From Caulobacterales bacterium (lineage in GTDB: Bacteria; Pseudomonadota; Alphaproteobacteria; Caulobacterales; Aquidulcibacteraceae): a stretch of DNA of 64,000 nt. The position numbers and the translations under genes were made by a program. The stretch lies in NCBI GenBank assembly GCA_035549695.1, contig DASZQK010000003.1, positions 4,833-68,832 of the forward strand. The letters are read 5' to 3'. The notes beneath the pieces were generated by a model. The model was not told the DNA's origin. It searched no databases and saw only the letters and a program-made list of their open reading frames with translations. Shown one piece after another: positions 1 through 9,367 of the stretch (positions within the stretch are counted from its first letter, which is position 1; every line of letters begins with the position of its first letter).

Positions 1-522
1 GCTGAAATCCGGATCGGCGGCCGCCGCGCGCAATCCAGCCAGAATGGGCGAGGCGTCTCCGGCGCCGCCATGCTGGGCGCTGCGCAACGCCGTGTCGAGC
101 GCGCTAGCGAAATCGGCGTCCCAGCGTTCGCGCGCCAGCCGTGGGTTCTCGAACAACGGGTTGGCGTCTTCGGGCGCGCGCGGCAGGCACTTTGAGAACA
201 GGATGGTCGGCTCCTGAGGCCGCCGCGGGTTGAGCCGCGCCAGCGTCAGGCGGTCGTATTGCTGCAGCCGCGCGCGCTCTTGCGTGGCGACGGCGCGCAG
301 TTTGCGGCGATGCCGCAATTCGAGCTTGTCGGTGGAATCCACGAGAATGAACGTGTGCGCGGCCAAGGGACGGTCGGTGCGGCACAGGGTTTCGGGATCG
401 ATCGGCGGCGCTTTCAGCAGTACGGCGGAAAGGGCGAACGCGCCCAGCACGGCGAACACGACGCCGATCAATGCGACGCCCATAAAGCGGCGTGCGCCGC
501 TGGCGCGCTTGCCCCGCCTCAT
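1..522 (-). CDS. Membrane-anchored vWA-like hypothetical protein (3' end runs off the window; absent from the ORF track)
   Basis: ATG at 522 overlaps the upstream TGA (ATGA coupling); frame stays open to base 1. Hand translation: MRRGKRASGARRFMGVALIGVVFAVLGAFALSAVLLKAPPIDPETLCRTDRPLAAHTFILVDSTDKL...GDASPILAGLRAAAADPDFS: one N-terminal TM, ILVDSTD strand and SPI motif resemble a vWA/MIDAS-like fold. Confidence 0.75.
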   Translation of the reverse strand, partial: MRRGKRASGARRFMGVALIGVVFAVLGAFALSAVLLKAPPIDPETLCRTDRPLAAHTFILVDSTDKLELRHRRKLRAVATQERARLQQYDRLTLARLNPRRPQEPTILFSKCLPRAPEDANPLFENPRLARERWDADFASALDTALRSAQHGGAGDASPILAGLRAAAADPDFS

Positions 523-1874
523 GCGGAGGAGGCGTCAAGCCGCGCCTGCGCGGCTTCGAGGTCATGCAGCAGCCCCTTGAGTTCTTCCGCCGACGATTTC
601 TGCGCCTCGGCCAACAATGCGCGCGCTTCATCGATCATCGCAGCGGCGCTTTGCAACGCATCGCGCGCGGCGCCTTCGCCGGGCGGCGGGGCGCTGAAAT
701 AGGCGGGCGCGGCGCTGGTGCGGGCGGCGAGGTTCTCCTGCCGATAGAGCTGGATGGCGCTGGCGGCGGCCTCGTCTAGCGCGCGCCCCCGGGCGTCGAG
801 GCTCTGCATTTTGAGCGCGGCGGCGTCGAAGGCCTTGCTCATGGCCTCATACTCGGCGCGGGCCTTTTCGAGCCGCGTGGCGAGCGCCGCGCGCGCCGCT
901 TCGATCGGCGCCTCGAGTTCGAGCCGCGCCTCGGCGCGAAACTCCGACAGCGCCTCCTCCGCCTCGCGGGCGGCCCGGTCCATCTTGCCGTAATCAGGAT
1001 AGGGGTCGTCGAACTTCGAATAGCCCTTGAGCGCCGCGAACACCCACACGCCGGCTCCCAGCATCAGCAGGATCACGGCCTGAGGCGAATGCAGATGAAG
1101 CACGGACGACCAGAGCGAGGCCGTCGCGTCCGAGGAATCGTCCTGTGCTTCGGCCAACAGGTCGCGCCACGCCGCCGCGCCGCCATTGAGGATCACCGCC
1201 AACATCAACAAGAGCGCGAATGCGCCGCCGCCGCCGCACTTCACCAATCGGCTTCGGTGCTGCAAATACCGCAGCCCGACATAGCCGGCGAGAAAACCGA
1301 GCACGACGTTGGCTCCGGACAAACCGATCGCCGTGATCGCTCCGCCCAGCAAGCCGCGCGGATCGGACTCGGCGAACAAGGTGGCGCTGAATAACGATTC
1401 AAACAGCGCGGCCAGGAAGAGCAGACCTGCCTGCCATAGTGTGGAGGGAGGCGTCACGGCTTGGCGATGCAGCCGATGCGTCTCGCGGAACGCCTTGAGA
1501 TCCGCGCGGGCCTGACGCGCCCGGTCCGCCGCTGAGGACCAATCATGAGCGACCCGCCCTTCGACCTGCGCCAGCGCGAGGCGCGCTTCGATCGCCGGTC
1601 CGCTGAGATCGGGGCGCACGGGACCGAGCGCCCGCAGCCGCCGCTCGGCCTCGGCCTGCGCTTCGGCGCGGGCGCTTTCGACGCGGGTGCGTTCGGTCGC
1701 CACCGCCGCGGCGATCGCCTGTTCGGTCTCGGAATATGTCACGGCGTCATGAGCCGGCAGATTGCGAACGCCGTCTTCGCGCGCGCGCTTGCGCACGTTC
1801 AAGCGCCGCTCGAGCACAGCCGCGCTCAGCGCAAGATCGCCCTCGCGCTTGGACCTGCCTTGCCCGCCGTCCAT
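519..1874 (-). CDS. Hypothetical integral membrane protein, about 4 central TM helices flanked by long coiled coils
   Basis: ORF 519..2123; likely start MDGGQGRSK at 1874 because the extension overlaps the IMPase gene. Hydrophobic blocks (LLFLAALFESLFSATLF, GGAITAIGLSGANVVLGFLAGYVGL, AFALLLMLAVILNGG, AVILLMLGAGVWVFAAL) with A/E/R-rich helices on both sides. Confidence 0.8.
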   Translation of the reverse strand: MDGGQGRSKREGDLALSAAVLERRLNVRKRAREDGVRNLPAHDAVTYSETEQAIAAAVATERTRVESARAEAQAEAERRLRALGPVRPDLSGPAIEARLALAQVEGRVAHDWSSAADRARQARADLKAFRETHRLHRQAVTPPSTLWQAGLLFLAALFESLFSATLFAESDPRGLLGGAITAIGLSGANVVLGFLAGYVGLRYLQHRSRLVKCGGGGAFALLLMLAVILNGGAAAWRDLLAEAQDDSSDATASLWSSVLHLHSPQAVILLMLGAGVWVFAALKGYSKFDDPYPDYGKMDRAAREAEEALSEFRAEARLELEAPIEAARAALATRLEKARAEYEAMSKAFDAAALKMQSLDARGRALDEAAASAIQLYRQENLAARTSAAPAYFSAPPPGEGAARDALQSAAAMIDEARALLAEAQKSSAEELKGLLHDLEAAQARLDASSA

Positions 1875-1929
1875 CAGCCCTTCCCGCGGACAATAAAGCG
1901 CGGTTGAACGGCGAGGCCAAGCTCTCGAT

Positions 1930-1957
1930 TTGACGCCACGGCCAACGGGGCTAAACC
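1930..1957 (+). promoter_or_regulatory. Housekeeping sigma70-type promoter of the IMPase gene
   Basis: TTGACGC-N13-GCTAAACC resembles the Caulobacter sigma73 consensus TTGaCgS-n11-14-GCtANAWC; supports a GTG start at 1981 instead of TTG 1930. Confidence 0.5.
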
Positions 1958-1980
1958 CTGAGATCCTAAAGGGAACGCTC

Positions 1981-2736
1981 GTGGCCGACGCCGAACTCAA
2001 GGACCTGCTGAGCATTGCCGAGTTCGCCGCCGCGTCGGCGGGCGCGGCGCTCAAGGCGCGGCGCGCCGATTGGTCCGGCGTGGAAAGCGAACAGGGGCGC
2101 GAGGTCAAGGTCGACGCCGACAAACGAGCCGAGGCGTTGATTCTCGAAACGCTTTCGCGTCTCGCGCCACTGCCGATCCTGTCCGAGGAGGCGGGCTGGG
2201 TGGATCGGGCGCCGTCGAGCCTCTGCTGGGCCGTCGATCCCCTGGATGGAAGCGTGAATTACATTCAAGGCTATCCGCATTGCGCGGTGTCGATCGGATT
2301 GCTGCGCGACGGCGACCCGATTCTCGGCGTCGTCGATTGCTTTCTTCTCGGCGAGCGCTTCAGCGGGCTTGTCGGCGCCGGCGCGTGGCTCGCCGGCCGT
2401 CCGATCCGCGTGTCCGATGTCGCCGATCCGCGACGCGGCATACTCAACACCGGCATTCCTGCCCGCGCCCGCGACGATGAAGCTTCGATGACAGCTTTGT
2501 GTCAGCGAATCGCGGTATGGCGGAAAGTGCGCATGATTGGTTCGGCGGCGGCCGCGCTGGCGTATGTCGCGGCCGGCCGCGCCGAGGCGTACCGCGAATC
2601 GGGTTCGATGATGTGGGATGTCGCCGGCGGTTGCGCGCTCGTAAAAGCGGCCGGCGGCGTCGCGCACATCGCCGGAAACATTGACGAGCCGCTCGAAGTC
2701 GTCGCCGGGAACGGCTGCGCGCCGCTGCCGGAATGA
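1981..2736 (+). CDS. Inositol monophosphatase family protein
   Basis: Motifs ILSEE, WAVDPLDGSVNY, RMIGSAA, WDVAGG. Confidence 0.92.
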   Translation: MADAELKDLLSIAEFAAASAGAALKARRADWSGVESEQGREVKVDADKRAEALILETLSRLAPLPILSEEAGWVDRAPSSLCWAVDPLDGSVNYIQGYPHCAVSIGLLRDGDPILGVVDCFLLGERFSGLVGAGAWLAGRPIRVSDVADPRRGILNTGIPARARDDEASMTALCQRIAVWRKVRMIGSAAAALAYVAAGRAEAYRESGSMMWDVAGGCALVKAAGGVAHIAGNIDEPLEVVAGNGCAPLPE

Positions 2737-2887
2737 CGTAAGCGTGCGCGTTCAAACGGCATTTCGGGAAAACTTTGGATTGCACCGCCATTTCTGGTGG
2801 ACAGCCCAAACCAACGCTCCGTAAGAAGGCTCACCCAAGTCGAGCTGCGGATTTGGGCGTGTTGCTCAAAAGGGGGGCGGCGGCTCT

Positions 2888-4309
2888 ATGGGGACGCCAG
2901 TGTTCGAGGGTGCGGCCTTGGTGGCCGGAACGGCGGCGGCGGTGCGCGCCGCGCTATTGCGTCCCTCCCTCGCAAAACGGATTGCTTCATTGAGCGGCGC
3001 GATTCTCGTGGGCGCCGATCGCGGCGAAGTCGACGTCGCCGTACATGCGCGCGTCGCCGATTGGACTTCGCTCGATCTGAGCAGCGCTGGTTCGGCGCGC
3101 ACCTTGATTTTGGCCGAGCCGCTCATCTCGCGCCAAGCTTCGCGCGCGGTGCTCGCAGCGGCCGCGGAAGCACGTATGAAGGTGGCGCTGATCGACGGCG
3201 ACGCCTTGCGGCCCATGACGATCGGGGATGTGATCGGCCGCTCGCTGGCTCGCGTCGATTGGGACCGGATCAGCGCGGCGATTGCCGGCAAGCGCGTGCT
3301 GATTACGGGCGGCGGCGGCTCGATCGGAGGCGAGCTGGCTCGCCGCATCGCAGCTCTCGGCCCCGCGCGCCTCACGCTCCTCGACAATTCCGAGTTCAAC
3401 CTGTTCAGCATTGGCCGCGAGCTGCCGCAAGCCTCGCTGGCGCTGGCTGATATCCGGGACGCCGAGGCGATCAAGCGTTGGTTCGCGCGCGAGAAGCCCG
3501 AACTGGTCTTCCACGCCGGCGCGTTGAAGCAGGTCCCGCTGGTGGAAGCGCACCCTTGCGAGGGCGTCCGCACCAATGTCGGCGGCTGCAGGATCGTCGC
3601 CGATGCTTCGATCGCGGTGGGCGCGGACATGGTGTTCGTGTCGACCGACAAAGCGGTCAATCCTTCCGGTGTGATGGGCGCCTCGAAGCGCCTCGGCGAA
3701 CTCTATTGCCAGGCGCTCGACCGGGAGAGCGCGCGCAAACAGGGTCCGCGCATCATCACGGTGCGGCTGGGGAATGTGCTGGGCTCGGCGGGGTCGGTGT
3801 CGCCGCTGTTCGAGCGTCAGCTTGAGATCGGCGCTCCGCTCACCGTCACCGACGCGCAAGTGACGCGCTATTTCATCACGATCCCGCAGGCGGCGGATTT
3901 CCTGCTGCAGGCCGCGGCGGCTGGGATCGGCTCGCGGGATTCGCGCGGCCACGCTTATGTCCTCGACATGGGCGAGCCCTTGGCCGTGGTCGATCTGGCG
4001 CGGAAAATGATTCAGCTCACGGGCCAGCGTCCGGAGCAGGACGTGGACATCGTTTTCGTTGGCCTTCGGCCCGGAGAGAAACTGCACGAGGAATTGGTCG
4101 GCGCCGATGAATGGCGCGAACCTGATCCCGCGCCCGGCGTGATGGCGGCGGCCTCCCCGCCGCGCGGCCTCGCGGAACTCAACGAGATTATCGAGCGGTT
4201 GACGCTGCTCTGGCGCAAGGGCGCGGACGCCGAGATCGCGGCCCAGCTCCGCACCGCCGTCGCGCCGGCTCGCGAGAAGGCGGAACGCGAGCTTCGGGTC
4301 GCAAGCTAG
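2888..4309 (+). CDS. CapD/PglF-like nucleotide-sugar 4,6-dehydratase (polysaccharide biosynthesis protein)
   Basis: VLITGGGGSIGGEL, VFHAGALKQVPLVE, STDKAVNPSGVMGASKR, VRLGNVLGSAGSV, GLRPGEKLHEEL. Confidence 0.9.
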   Translation: MGTPVFEGAALVAGTAAAVRAALLRPSLAKRIASLSGAILVGADRGEVDVAVHARVADWTSLDLSSAGSARTLILAEPLISRQASRAVLAAAAEARMKVALIDGDALRPMTIGDVIGRSLARVDWDRISAAIAGKRVLITGGGGSIGGELARRIAALGPARLTLLDNSEFNLFSIGRELPQASLALADIRDAEAIKRWFAREKPELVFHAGALKQVPLVEAHPCEGVRTNVGGCRIVADASIAVGADMVFVSTDKAVNPSGVMGASKRLGELYCQALDRESARKQGPRIITVRLGNVLGSAGSVSPLFERQLEIGAPLTVTDAQVTRYFITIPQAADFLLQAAAAGIGSRDSRGHAYVLDMGEPLAVVDLARKMIQLTGQRPEQDVDIVFVGLRPGEKLHEELVGADEWREPDPAPGVMAAASPPRGLAELNEIIERLTLLWRKGADAEIAAQLRTAVAPAREKAERELRVAS

Positions 4310-4370
4310 CCCGATTTCGGAAATCGCCATTGCGCGACTGCCGCGCGAGGGCGCTTGATGGCGCCCAACC

Positions 4371-5000
4371 ATGAGCAATCTGTTCCCGCACTTTCCGGTT
4401 TTTCTTGATCTGGCGGGTCGGGCTGTCGTGCTGCTGGACGGCGATGAAAGTCTCGCGCCGCTGGCAAGCCAGTTTTTAGCGGCGGGGGCAGGTGTCTCGG
4501 TGTTCGATCCGGCGCCCTCGGACGCAATGCGCGCGCTGGCCCCGCCGCTCCGGCTCAAGCTGCGCCGCTGGAGGCCCGCGGATTTCGGCGGCGCGCGGCT
4601 GGTGATCGCTGGCGAGGGCGAACCGCGGCCGCAGCGCGCCCACACCGCCGCGCACGCCATCGGCGCCGTCTTTCATCTGGTCGGCGCGCCCGAGCAATCG
4701 GATGTCGCGCTCGGCGGCGTTTCCGCGCGCGGCGCCTTGTCGATAGGCGTCTCCGCTCCTGGAATTCCGGCCGCGTTGGCCGAAGCGGTGCAGGCGCGGC
4801 TCGAACAGGCCTTGCCGGCAGGACTGTCGGATTTTCTGGAAGCGGCCGAACGCGCGCGTCCTGAAGCGGAGCGGCGCCTTGCGGATGCGGCCGCGCGTGA
4901 GCGCTTCTGGGCCGCGCTCGGCGCGGCTGCGCTTGATATGCAAATCGTCGGCGCCGCCGCCTGGGATCACTTCATCGCCGCGCGCCTTGGCGAGGCCTAG
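4371..5000 (+). CDS. Siroheme synthase N-terminal (precorrin-2 dehydrogenase/ferrochelatase-like) module, degenerate, no methyltransferase domain
   Basis: HFPVFLDLAGRAVV start, GALSIGVS..G, ARERFW helix typical of CysG-B; the GGGxVA dinucleotide motif is replaced by DGDESLA. Confidence 0.7.
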   Translation: MSNLFPHFPVFLDLAGRAVVLLDGDESLAPLASQFLAAGAGVSVFDPAPSDAMRALAPPLRLKLRRWRPADFGGARLVIAGEGEPRPQRAHTAAHAIGAVFHLVGAPEQSDVALGGVSARGALSIGVSAPGIPAALAEAVQARLEQALPAGLSDFLEAAERARPEAERRLADAAARERFWAALGAAALDMQIVGAAAWDHFIAARLGEA

Positions 5001-6121
5001 TCCAGCGTCCGCCGGAATCGCAACAGGGCAAGGCCCGCCAGCACGAAGAGGATGAGCGCCAGTTCGCCCAGATCGCGGCTGATGTCGGGAATGTCGGCGC
5101 CCTTCAGGACGACCTCGCGCACGATGCGCAAGAAATGCGTGATGGGCAGGCATTCGCCGATCGCCTGAGCCCAGTCCGGCATGGCGCGGAAGGGAAACAT
5201 GAAGCCCGAGAGCAGAATTGAAGGAAGGAAAATGAAGAACGTCATCTGCATCGCCTGCATTTGCGAGCGCGCCACGGTGGAGATGAGGTAGCCGAGCATC
5301 AAATTGGTGACGATGAACGCGGCGCCCGCAAGGAGGAACGCGCTCCACGATCCGGTGAAGGGGATGCGGAACAAAAGCATCGCGGTCGTCAGCACGATCG
5401 TCGTCTGGATGGCGCCGACGATGATGTAGGGCGTGGTCTTGCCGACCATGATTTCCAGCGGCCGCAGCGGCGTGGCGAGCAGTGTCTCCATGGTGCCGCG
5501 CTCGGTTTCGCGCGTCAGCGCGATCGAAGTGACCATCACCATGGTCATGGTGAGGATGACCCCGAGGAGCGCGGGCACAATGTTGAACGAAGTGACGCCG
5601 GCGGGATTGAAGCGGCGGTGCACGACGATCTCGTAGGGCGGGGGATCAGGCGCCAGGAAGGCGAGCGGCCCTTGCAGATCCGCCCCGAAGGCGCTTTGCG
5701 CGATCTGGTTCACCGCACCCGTGGCGCCGCCCGCGGCCACTGGATCGCTCGCGTCGGCGGCGATCAACAATTGCGGCCGCTCGCCGCGGATCAGTTTGCG
5801 CTCGAAGCCTTCGGGGATGACGATGAGAAAGCTCGCGCGCCCGCTGCGCAGCATGGCGTCGCCCTCCTCGGCGCGATGCGTCACGGCGACGATGTCGAGA
5901 TAGGTGGAGGCCTTGAGCGAAGCGAGGAAGCCGCGCGTCAGCGGTCCGTCTTCGCGTTGTTCGATCACCGCCGGCAAGTGGCGCGGATCGGTGTTGATGG
6001 CGTAGCCGAACAGCACCAGCTGCATGATCGGCACCATAATCATGATGGCGAAGGTGAGCCTGTCGCGGCGCATCTGCACCAGTTCCTTGAGAAAGACGGC
6101 GACGATCCGCGACCAGCTCAT
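4997..6121 (-). CDS. ABC-2 type exporter permease (YbhR/YbhS-like)
   Basis: KELVQMRRDR, LFGYAINTD, RETERGTMETLLATP, LSGFMFP, LPITHFLRIVR. Confidence 0.92.
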   Translation of the reverse strand: MSWSRIVAVFLKELVQMRRDRLTFAIMIMVPIMQLVLFGYAINTDPRHLPAVIEQREDGPLTRGFLASLKASTYLDIVAVTHRAEEGDAMLRSGRASFLIVIPEGFERKLIRGERPQLLIAADASDPVAAGGATGAVNQIAQSAFGADLQGPLAFLAPDPPPYEIVVHRRFNPAGVTSFNIVPALLGVILTMTMVMVTSIALTRETERGTMETLLATPLRPLEIMVGKTTPYIIVGAIQTTIVLTTAMLLFRIPFTGSWSAFLLAGAAFIVTNLMLGYLISTVARSQMQAMQMTFFIFLPSILLSGFMFPFRAMPDWAQAIGECLPITHFLRIVREVVLKGADIPDISRDLGELALILFVLAGLALLRFRRTLD

Positions 6122-6197
6122 CGGGTTTGCTCTTGGCATGCCGCTTCAGTCGTTGCGGAACGATCGCGGCGCGGGCGGAGATTGGCGCCAGGCAAAG

Positions 6198-7124
6198 TCA
6201 TCGGAAATTGTCCTCGCTGCCGGCCATGAGATGGATGAAAATGTCTTCGAAGCCGGCTTCGATGCGCTCCACTGTCGCGCCCGGCATTTGCCGTATGGGC
6301 TCCAGGCCGGCGTCGAGCGCGGCCAGGTCCTTGCCGCAGGCGTGAATTTCGGCGCCGAAGCGCGCCACCATTTCGACGCCGGGCGCCTTGTGCAACGCGT
6401 CTTCGAGTTGCTGCAGGCGCGGCCCCTCGACGCGAAAGGCGTAGAGCCCGATCTGCTTGGGGATCTCGGCCGTGGGCGCATCGATCAGTTTTTTGCCGTA
6501 CGCAATGTAGGCAATGGCGTCGCACTGAACCGCCTCGTCCATATAGTGCGTCGAGACCAGCGTGGTGACGCCCTGTGCGGCGAAATGGCGGATTTGGTCC
6601 CAGAAATCCCGCCGCGCCTTGGGATCGACGCCCGCCGTGGGTTCGTCGAGCAAGAGCAGTTCCGGCTCGTGAATCATGCATGCCGCCAGCGCCAGCCGTT
6701 GTTTCCATCCGCCGGAGAGTTTGCCCGCGATTTGCGTCTGCCGCTCGGCGAGGCCGAGATGATCGAGGGCCGCGTCGACGCGCTGCGCCTGCCGGTCGAG
6801 CCGGTAGAGGCGGGCGATGAATTCGAGGTTCTCGCGAATCGACAGGTCTTCGTAGAGCGAAAATTTCTGCGTCATGTAGCCGACGCGCTCTTTGATCTTG
6901 CCGCTTTGTGTGAGCACGTCGAGGCCAAGCACGCGGCCCTGGCCGTCGTCGGGCTTCAGGAGCCCGCACACCATGCGAATGGTCGTCGTCTTGCCCGAGC
7001 CGTTCGGCCCGAGGAAGCCGTAGATCTTGCCGCGCGGCACTTGCAGGGCGAGGTGATCCACGACCACGCGCTCGCCAAACTTCTTGGTGAGGCCGGCGAC
7101 GTCGATGACGAGGTCTTCGCTCAT
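6198..7124 (-). CDS. ABC exporter ATP-binding protein
   Basis: Walker A GPNGSGKTT, LSGGWKQR signature, LLLDEPTAGVDP, STHYMDEA. Confidence 0.95.
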   Translation of the reverse strand: MSEDLVIDVAGLTKKFGERVVVDHLALQVPRGKIYGFLGPNGSGKTTTIRMVCGLLKPDDGQGRVLGLDVLTQSGKIKERVGYMTQKFSLYEDLSIRENLEFIARLYRLDRQAQRVDAALDHLGLAERQTQIAGKLSGGWKQRLALAACMIHEPELLLLDEPTAGVDPKARRDFWDQIRHFAAQGVTTLVSTHYMDEAVQCDAIAYIAYGKKLIDAPTAEIPKQIGLYAFRVEGPRLQQLEDALHKAPGVEMVARFGAEIHACGKDLAALDAGLEPIRQMPGATVERIEAGFEDIFIHLMAGSEDNFR

Positions 7125-7951
7125 CAGGGAGCGATCCGGACGTCGACCGGGACGCCGGGGCGGATCGCATCCGGCCGATCGGGACGCGCCTCGACCAAGA
7201 AGACGAGCTTCTGGCGCTGTTCCAGCGAGTAAATTACCGGCGGCGTGAATTGCGGCTCGTCGGCCACGCGGATCACGCGCGCGCCGAGATTGGCGGCGCA
7301 GCCGTCGCAGGAGATCAGCACGCGCGCGCCGGGACGCAAGCGCGCTACCAGGCCCTCCGGGGCAAAAAAGCGCACCTTCATGTTTTCCGGCGCCAGCAAT
7401 GCGGCGACCGGCGCGCCCGCGCTCACCACCTCGCCCTGGCGATGGAATATGCGCTCGATGCGTCCCGCCAGCGGCGCCGACGTCCTGAGATCGCCAAGGC
7501 GCACGTCGGCCAATCCGCTTTGTGCGCTGGAAGCGGTGAGTTCGCGTTGCGCCTGCTGGAGTTCCGCGGCGGCCGCGTCGCGCGCGGCGCGGTCAGCGTC
7601 AAGCTTGGCCTGGGACTGGAACCCTTGCTCGAACAATTCCTGGCTTCGCTGATAATTGGTTGCGGTGAGCCGGGCGTTCGCCTGCGCCGCGCGCACGGCC
7701 TGCTGCAGCGCGTTGCGGCTCGCGGATGCGCCTTGCGCGTTGAGGCTCAGCCGATCTGGATTGAGGCGGAATACCAGCGCTCCCCGCTCGACGACATCGC
7801 CCTCGCGCACGGCAAGTTCGCTCACAACGCCGGATTCCTGCGACGCGAGATAGATATAGTCCGCTTCGCCATAGCCCTGCATGACGTCGCTTTCGCGACG
7901 GGCGCAGGCGGCTGCGAAAACGATCAGAGCGAAAATGAAAGCGCGCTTCAT
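7124..7951 (-). CDS. HlyD/YbhG-family periplasmic adaptor, lipoprotein
   Basis: Lipobox FAAAC, VREGDVV lipoyl half-motif, EPQFTPPVIYS...KLVFLVEA. Confidence 0.9.
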   Translation of the reverse strand: MKRAFIFALIVFAAACARRESDVMQGYGEADYIYLASQESGVVSELAVREGDVVERGALVFRLNPDRLSLNAQGASASRNALQQAVRAAQANARLTATNYQRSQELFEQGFQSQAKLDADRAARDAAAAELQQAQRELTASSAQSGLADVRLGDLRTSAPLAGRIERIFHRQGEVVSAGAPVAALLAPENMKVRFFAPEGLVARLRPGARVLISCDGCAANLGARVIRVADEPQFTPPVIYSLEQRQKLVFLVEARPDRPDAIRPGVPVDVRIAP

Positions 7952-8589
7952 TGCGAGCGCTCCTTTGCGAGGCCACGAAGCAGGACATCGAAGTGCTGCT
8001 CAACCAGAGTCTCCGGCGCCGCGAGTGCGCCTTCGCCGTGCAGCACATGAGTCCACATGGCTTCGAACAGGAAAGGGGCGATGAAGGCGCGCACGGCGGC
8101 GCGCGGTTCCACCGGGCGCAGTTCGCCGCGCTCGACGGCCGCGGCGATCAATGTTTCAAGCGCCGCCTTGGCGACCTCGACAACCTGCGTTCGATAGTGC
8201 GCGGCGATCTCGGGAAAGCGCGCGGACAAACCGATCACCAGGCGCGGCACGGCGAACACTTTGGGGTCGGCGAAGCGATGCGCGGCCATCCGCGCCAGCA
8301 TGCGCAGAGAGCCGAGCGGATCCTGCGCACCGGCCTGCGCGATCATCCGTGCATTGTGGGCGATGGGCGCGATCTTGGCTTCGATCAGCGCCTTGAGCAG
8401 CGCCTCCTTGCCTTCGAAATAGAGATAGACGCCGCCTTTGGAGAGCCCGGCGCGGCGGGCGATGTCTTCCATGCGCGCGGCGTCGAAGCCCCGCTCCGTG
8501 AATTCGCTGAGCGCGGCGTCGAGAATCTCCTCCGGCCGGGCCTCGGCGCGCCGGCGCCATTTGGGAGCGGACTCAGGCGGCTGCGTCAT
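7948..8589 (-). CDS. TetR/AcrR family regulator of the exporter operon
   Basis: EILDAALSEFTERGFDAARMEDIARRAGLSKGGVYLYF HTH; first gene of a coupled 4-gene operon. Confidence 0.93.
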   Translation of the reverse strand: MTQPPESAPKWRRRAEARPEEILDAALSEFTERGFDAARMEDIARRAGLSKGGVYLYFEGKEALLKALIEAKIAPIAHNARMIAQAGAQDPLGSLRMLARMAAHRFADPKVFAVPRLVIGLSARFPEIAAHYRTQVVEVAKAALETLIAAAVERGELRPVEPRAAVRAFIAPFLFEAMWTHVLHGEGALAAPETLVEQHFDVLLRGLAKERSQ

Positions 8590-8595
8590 GCGCCA

Positions 8596-8624
8596 TTTAT
8601 AACTGACCAGTCAGTTAGTTGCAA
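8596..8624 (-). promoter_or_regulatory. sigma70 promoter with TetR operator between -35 and -10; probably leaderless mRNA
   Basis: Minus strand TTGCAA (8624-8619)-N17-TATAAA (8601-8596), 6 nt before the ATG; inverted repeat TAACTGAC-CA-GTCAGTTA at 8600..8617. Confidence 0.8.
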
Positions 8625-8806
8625 GCCGAAATCTTGTTGCAAGCACAGGTTGCGGGTATCCGACGCGCAAAGAAGACTTAGCTTAGTCTTGGCAGGAGCT
8701 CTTCGAGCGTAACGAAGATTTCGCGAAGCGAAAGCTTGCGCTGTCGCAGATTGTTAATGTCCGGATGCGAACTAGGCCCGAGCATGACGGGGACCGGTGG
8801 CGATCC

Positions 8807-9367
8807 ATGAACGGGGCGAACCTTCCCGCCCACCTGCGCATCAATCTGGAAGCGTCGACGATCCTGTTCATCGACGACAATGCGATGTCGCTCGAGATCT
8901 TGGGTTCGGTGTTCTACGGCTTCGGCTGCAAGGATAGAGTGAAGTGCGCCAACCTCGAGGATGCGAAAAACATCCTCCTGTCGCGGCGCGTCGATCTCAT
9001 TTTCCTGGACGCCGGCTTTCCCGACGACGGCTGGTACAAATTCATGCAGTGGCTGCGCCGCGACACTGCCGATCCCATGTGCTTTACGCCCGTCATCATC
9101 ATATCCGGCCACTCGACGCGCGCGTTGGTGCGCAAGGCGCGCGATTGCGGCGCGCATTTCACCGTCGCCAAGCCCATCACTACGGGCGTCCTGCTCAACC
9201 GGCTCGCGTGGATCGCGCATGAACAACGTCCGTTTGTGCGCAACGCCATTTTCGCTGGGCCTGACCGACGCTGGAAGAACAATGGCGCGCCGCCCGGCAC
9301 GGCCGGGCGCCGCTCCGGCGACGCGCAGGAAGACAACACGGAAGAACCGGCGAGGGCCTCCGCATGA
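8807..9367 (+). CDS. CheY-like receiver protein with c-di-GMP-binding Arg-rich tail (Cle family)
   Basis: Receiver motifs FIDDN, IFLD, VAKP followed by FAGPDRR, matching the [Y/F]xGPx[R/K]R motif of Caulobacter Cle proteins. Confidence 0.82.
   Translation: MNGANLPAHLRINLEASTILFIDDNAMSLEILGSVFYGFGCKDRVKCANLEDAKNILLSRRVDLIFLDAGFPDDGWYKFMQWLRRDTADPMCFTPVIIISGHSTRALVRKARDCGAHFTVAKPITTGVLLNRLAWIAHEQRPFVRNAIFAGPDRRWKNNGAPPGTAGRRSGDAQEDNTEEPARASA

Noticed and set aside
4312-4326. Palindrome CGATTTCGGAAATCG after the CapD-like gene
   Set aside because: Single short copy, no U tract and no matching regulator; cannot distinguish from a weak hairpin.
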